Source: Catajapyx aquilonaris
Lineage: Eukaryota
Length of the DNA stretch: 41,344 nucleotides
Direction of reading: 5' to 3'
Assembly: GCA_000934665.2 (NCBI GenBank)
Contig: KZ538200.1
Location: forward strand, 62,001 to 103,344
The notes beneath the pieces are model-generated. The model made no database searches, was not told where the DNA came from, and saw nothing but the letters and a program-made list of their open reading frames with translations. This document shows positions 36,401 through 41,344 of the stretch, one piece after another. Both the position numbers and the translations under genes were made by a program. Every line of letters starts with the position of its first letter. Position 1 is the stretch's first letter.

Positions 36401-38166
36401 CCTGATACTTGCGATTACAAAACAAATCAAAGGCAAAGAGATTCTGGATGTGGTGTATCCTTCTTGCTTTCTCTTCTTTGGTTTCATCTGACAAGTCCTG
36501 AAAATGACAAAGTGAATACTTCATGATTGGCTGGGATCTAATTCAGTTGTGAACTAAAACATGAGCCTATAAAGCAGTATATTAGTGTAGAAGCTGCAAC
36601 CTCAGTAAGGTCACGTTTACATGTGAGAAACGTCATGACTCATCATGTTCAATGATGCAGAGATAATGGTGTTGGCCGGAGCTACCCCACGCCCACCCAT
36701 TTATATCACAATGACAGGCATACTTGCAAAAATCTACACATTGTTGCCATACAGAGATATCATCTACAGCCACCTATTAACTCACTCTGCCTCAAGCAAG
36801 CCTCAATAACGGCAGAAACTCTAGAAGGCACCCGTCACATTGCAGAACATTGTAAGCACATGGCCCTGGAAGGCTAGCTATCACTGATTTTAGAATTCAA
36901 TGCCAGGTTATGTCACACTCCTTCCCTTGCATAACCCAGCTTGGGTGTGATGATGTTCAGTGCATAACTTTCCATGTGCCACAATATCATTACCAGACCT
37001 ACTACAATGAAACATGTCTTACCGACAGTGTGAGTGCAAGCTCAAACTGCTTCTCCTTGAGTAGCTCTGGAATCTGGTCATTGATGGGCACCATCTGGAG
37101 ATGCCACACTCCTGATGACGATGCAATGTAAACTTCTCCTCGCTTGCTGGGAAAGATCAGCTTTGGGTTTGGCAATTCAATGCTCTGGATCAGAAGGCGT
37201 GGCTTTACTGTGTGTATCTCAACAAATTTGGGTAGAACTGCTATAAGGTATGGCGGATCATGACCTGAAAAAATATGCATCAGATTATCACATCCAAGAT
37301 GTTCCATGTTACTGCATTGTCTTACCCACTGCCAGGGGGATTTCCGACCATGTTATTATGTACTTCTGCGTAGGAGTCCCATTTGAGTCTATGAAGATGG
37401 TCTGCTTGTCCCGACCCAGTGCAAAAGTCTCATCCTGCAGTAGTGTTATAAGTGGCTCGGGATGCTTTCCAGTAGGAAACAACTCCTTCTGTTGGCCATT
37501 CAACTGCAACCACAGCATTTTTAGCTATGAAGCTCACAGAAATTTACCAAAGCAATACAAGTGATTTCCAAAATTCCCAATAAATATTCCAAATTTAAAA
37601 GTACAGATGTTAAGGTGTCATTCAAGCACAAATTAATACCTCACATTTGTACAACTGTTTGCATATAAATAATAATCAAATTGCATGTACTGTACAATGC
37701 CCACAGCAACCCCACCAACCTGGATCATGCAGTACTCTCCCTTGAATCCAGCGCAGATGGTTTCCTTGCACCAGGCAAGTGCCTTTGGAGTGTCAGGAAG
37801 GTAGAGATCTTCACGAAGTTCATGAAAGTTGCGGTTTTTCCAGTAGTATAGCTGTACTCTCTTACGAACTGCCACACACATGCGAACGATCACTGATGTC
37901 TCACCAGTTTGTGTCGTTGGCTTCTAGGATATTAGAGAAGAAAATTTCAGTTACGATCACAAAAAGCCTTCTACTCCCTCAATATCGTGAAAATTTTTAA
38001 TGACTTGCATCCATTGTGGGAGAGAGAGAAAAAAAAAGAAAACTGTGGTGACATCAACACTTCTTCCTGTCTCATCAAATTCTACAAATATTTACCATTT
38101 TTCATATTGTAGTGCCTGGCCAGTTTAGCTTCTGTTTTTGAGAGAATGTTCCCCTCTTCTGAACAT

Positions 38167-38204
<38 letters not shown>

Positions 38205-40407
38205 CATAATAATAACCATAATATAATAATAATAATAATGGATACCCCGTGATAAGCCTCCTTGGGCTCTTTAGGGGATCATCTTTTTAATTAACCGACT
38301 TTAATCATTGCCTTTGCTATGATGGATTTTGATAGTGGGAGGAAACGGGAGAACCCCGAGAAAACCCACGCGAACACGGAGAGAACCCATCGAAACTCTA
38401 TCCACATAAGTATCCTCTGTCCGATCCGGGGATCGAACTCGGGACCTTAGAGGTGGAAGGCTGCGGCGCTAACCACTCCGCCACCGTGTCGCCCTTTCTC
38501 TTCTGAACTTTTGAAGCCCTATGGGGGGTGAGTTTTGTAAGGAGGTCACAAAGGAGAGGAAGGTCTGTTTTAACCCTTAACTACGTAGGTGGTGGAGCCT
38601 GAGAGGCTCCAAGCACTATTTAACGCATGTAACTTTTTCATTGAATTTTATTTTCCACTCTCCTTCCGTGACTTTGTCAGAAAAACCTTCCTAAGCATGA
38701 AAAGGAAAGAAAAAATTTTTAAGTCCCTATTCTTTGGTTTAAAAAAATTCGTAACTAGGAACAGGTCCCTCCTGGAACCGCTCTGGCTCTATATCTCGTA
38801 GGTGAAGCCTGAGCGGCTCAAACATGATGTAACCTTTTAATTAAAAATTTTTCCCTGTCGGAATATGCTGACTCAGCGTGTGATTTTTACGTTTTCGGAA
38901 GCCTAATGATCTGAACTGCACTTTCTGTATGTGAAAAGTCCAATATAACAATTTAGTTGATAAGCATAAATTTAAATATACCGTTGGAGCCTCTCAGGCT
39001 CCACCTACGTAGTTAAAGGTGTTTCGCCACCTACCTAGTTAAAGGTGTTTCGCCACCTACGTAGTTAAGGGTTAAGGCAGGGGCCAGTCACAGCTTTGAA
39101 TTACTACCCTTTTTGGGGGGAGTCTTGCCCTGCTTTTGTGAAGGGCAGTGGTCACTGACTCAATGGTCAGTTAGATTCAAGAGATAGAGAGAGAAAGGTT
39201 CCAGCTGTGTGTACATGGCCCAGCCCCTGGAGTTTTAGTTGTTGGTTACATCACGATTGTAAAGGTGGAATAATAAAGAGTTGGAAAGAAGGTAGTGCCC
39301 AAGTCATTATCACCCAACCTCCTCTCCAGCCTATTATTTGGAGTCCCATCATCCCAGGAATATCACTGATCCTGCCTCCCTGCAAGCCCACCGAGCCTCG
39401 GGCAGAGGACTGGGCACTACAATATATGCTCTGAGGCATGAGGTAAGCAGAATCCTTCATTTCACTTGATGCATGCAGTGTTATTTCAATCATCACACCA
39501 TGAGCATAGTATACTGATGTGCCCTCTAACAAATTACATCATGCTTAAAGTGTAAGTTTGCTTTAAAGCACTTCACAGTAAGGCAGTTTTCTTTAGAGCC
39601 ACTACCCTGATTGTGTCCTTATCACAATGTGCACATGACACTTTTTGCTAGGGAGGCACAGCAGATGCCATTATCATGTGATGAAGCATAAGTGAACTGA
39701 TAAACACAGCTCATGGTGATATTCAGTCAAGACCATGACTGAAGGAGTACCACACGAATTGAACAGCTCAAAATGCAATGCAAAGTTTAGCTTGCCATCA
39801 GTGCTACCGTTGGAGAGGAAATTCACAAGTTACGTATTTGCATAATGAATTTTAGGTAAAGACATTTATGTATAAAAATCCACTGCTGACTTCATGGGTC
39901 TCCGGAGCATAATAACTAAGATCGTGGGCTTTCAACGCAAGATATGAAATAACCTGGTTTGAAATAAAACCTGTCCTCGTCTGACAGGCACGACTCACTT
40001 TAACATCGACACTGAAAAGGTGTGCTCCTTTGGTCCGATGCAGGGTGGTAATTGGGGAGAAGTTGAAGGAGGTCATGTCCAGCACATGCACGACATTGTC
40101 CGTCAGAACCACCAGGATCTGATAGTCCGGGATGGCTGCCAACTGCTGGATGGGCTTCTTCAGGAAGTTCTTGCTGGCCTTCAAGCAGTGCAGCTCGAAC
40201 TGACCATAGTCGTCCAGCTTGATGTCGTACATGATCAGATGCCCTTCCTTCATACCCACCACCAGTCGGTCATCTAACATGCCAAAAGCACCCAAATTAA
40301 TTACAGCAAGGCCAGTTTCCACGCTAGAGTTTACCGTAAGCTGCGATGGCCTCTATCTGGAGAGGCATCTTCTCCAGGATGGGCACCGCCTTGTACGCCT
40401 CGTGCAT
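33478..40407 (-). CDS. Vps39: Vam6/Vps39-like protein (HOPS complex subunit), 13 coding exons, about 870 aa
   Basis: Exons 40407-40335, 40273-39999, 37923-37720, 37503-37326, 37264-37023, 36497-36368, 36298-36018, 35842-35614, 35543-35371, 35131-34894, 34362-34214, 33977-33604, 33544-33478 join in phase (2613 nt, ending TGA). Motifs: MHEAYKAVPILEKMPLQIE, CNH domain (RMCVAVRKRVQLYYWK), DPSHVIGLFPDLLP, QIIDTTLLKCYLQTND, EERAILLGKLGRHEQAL, C-terminal zinc finger CAVCKKRFG...VVHYSC. Confidence 0.96.
34694..34711. repeat. (CA)n microsatellite
   Basis: Visible tandem array in a Vps39 intron. Confidence 0.8.
38165..38497 (-). mobile_element. tRNA-derived SINE with V-domain core (V-SINE-like) in Vps39 intron 2
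   Basis: Head GGGCGACACGGTGGCGGAGTGGTTAGCG (A box) and GTTCGATCC (B box); core GTGTTCGCGTGGGTTTTCTCGGGGTTCTCCCGTTTCCTCCCAC; (ATT)n tail; 11-bp TSD ctcttctgaac at 38154-38164 and 38498-38508. Confidence 0.88.
38574..39071. mobile_element. piggyBac-type non-autonomous element (MITE, 498 bp)
   Basis: TTAA|CCCTTAACTACGTAGGTGG ... CCACCTACGTAGTTAAGGG|TTAA; subterminal GGAGCCTGAGAGGCTCC palindromes; no ORF. Confidence 0.88.
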
Positions 40408-40814
40408 CCTGTAGTACTGGAGGGGCACAGCAACGTCGTTCTACAGCCGCACAACTTCCAAGACTAGTCAGCTGCTCGTGCCCCCTTGTTGTTTCTCTGG
40501 GAGGAACAGACACGACCCTATCGCCCGCTCGCTTTATTTCCAACGATGGAATAATACTTCATACGCTGGTATCACTACGTCATCGTACTGTACGCCTCGA
40601 ATCGAACGTTCCGCGTGATTACCTAACCAGTAACGACTGTACAGTACAAAAGTACTTCACGCCACATGTTGCGGTCGAAAAAAATACGAGCCAAGGCACA
40701 CCGGAACGGATCAAAATTACCGTACAACTTACTGAAACTGAAGAGGGGGAAAGGTGCAAATTTATTTACGGTTCAAATACTCTCTTCGCATTATTCTGAC
40801 GTGAATAAAGTGGT

Positions 40815-40830
40815 AGCCCTGAAAAGGGCT
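40815..40830 (-). terminator. Histone mRNA 3' stem-loop (SLBP site)
   Basis: Minus strand AAAAC-AGCCCT-TTTC-AGGGCT-ACCAC about 40 nt after the stop. A purine-rich GAAGAGAG possible downstream element follows at ~40780-40787. Confidence 0.92.
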
Positions 40831-40871
40831 GTTTTGTTTTAAAATGGCGGGTAAAGCTGTGGGAGATCAAT

Positions 40872-41267
<396 letters not shown>

Positions 41268-41344
41268 TCAAACGGAGCGAGTACAACCAGACGATCGAAG
41301 ATCTGGACAGAGAATGAGTGCGCGCAGGCCCAAGTGGCCGTTAA

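Noticed and set aside
38410..38494. tRNA gene
   Set aside because: It is the SINE head: it continues into the V domain and tail and is bounded by a TSD.

Overview
Eukaryotic, intron-rich DNA. An arthropod origin is inferred from the beta-spectrin N-terminus, the [11 protein letters not shown] insert and the H2A sequence; the species cannot be determined. Three genes lie in tandem on the minus strand. (1) A replication-dependent histone H2A (40872-41246) with a variant 3' stem-loop. (2) A complete 13-exon Vps39/Vam6 gene (33478-40407, about 870 aa). (3) A beta-spectrin gene whose CDS runs from ATG 13664 off the left edge in the PH domain, with a probable non-coding first exon near 26862-27300 and a ~13 kb first intron. 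Six small mobile elements have readable ends and target-site duplications: a V-domain tRNA-SINE, piggyBac-, Tc1/mariner-, Harbinger- and hAT-type MITEs, and a 1.3 kb long-TIR foldback element. I found no convincing wholly new gene system. The most interesting signals are regulatory: a phase-1 cassette/terminal-exon array before the spectrin PH domain with GCATG enrichment and a possible zero-length exon, a strand-biased 9-mer repeated six times in spectrin introns, an ATCGAT-rich first intron, and a possible spliced antisense transcript. All coordinates and counts were read by eye.
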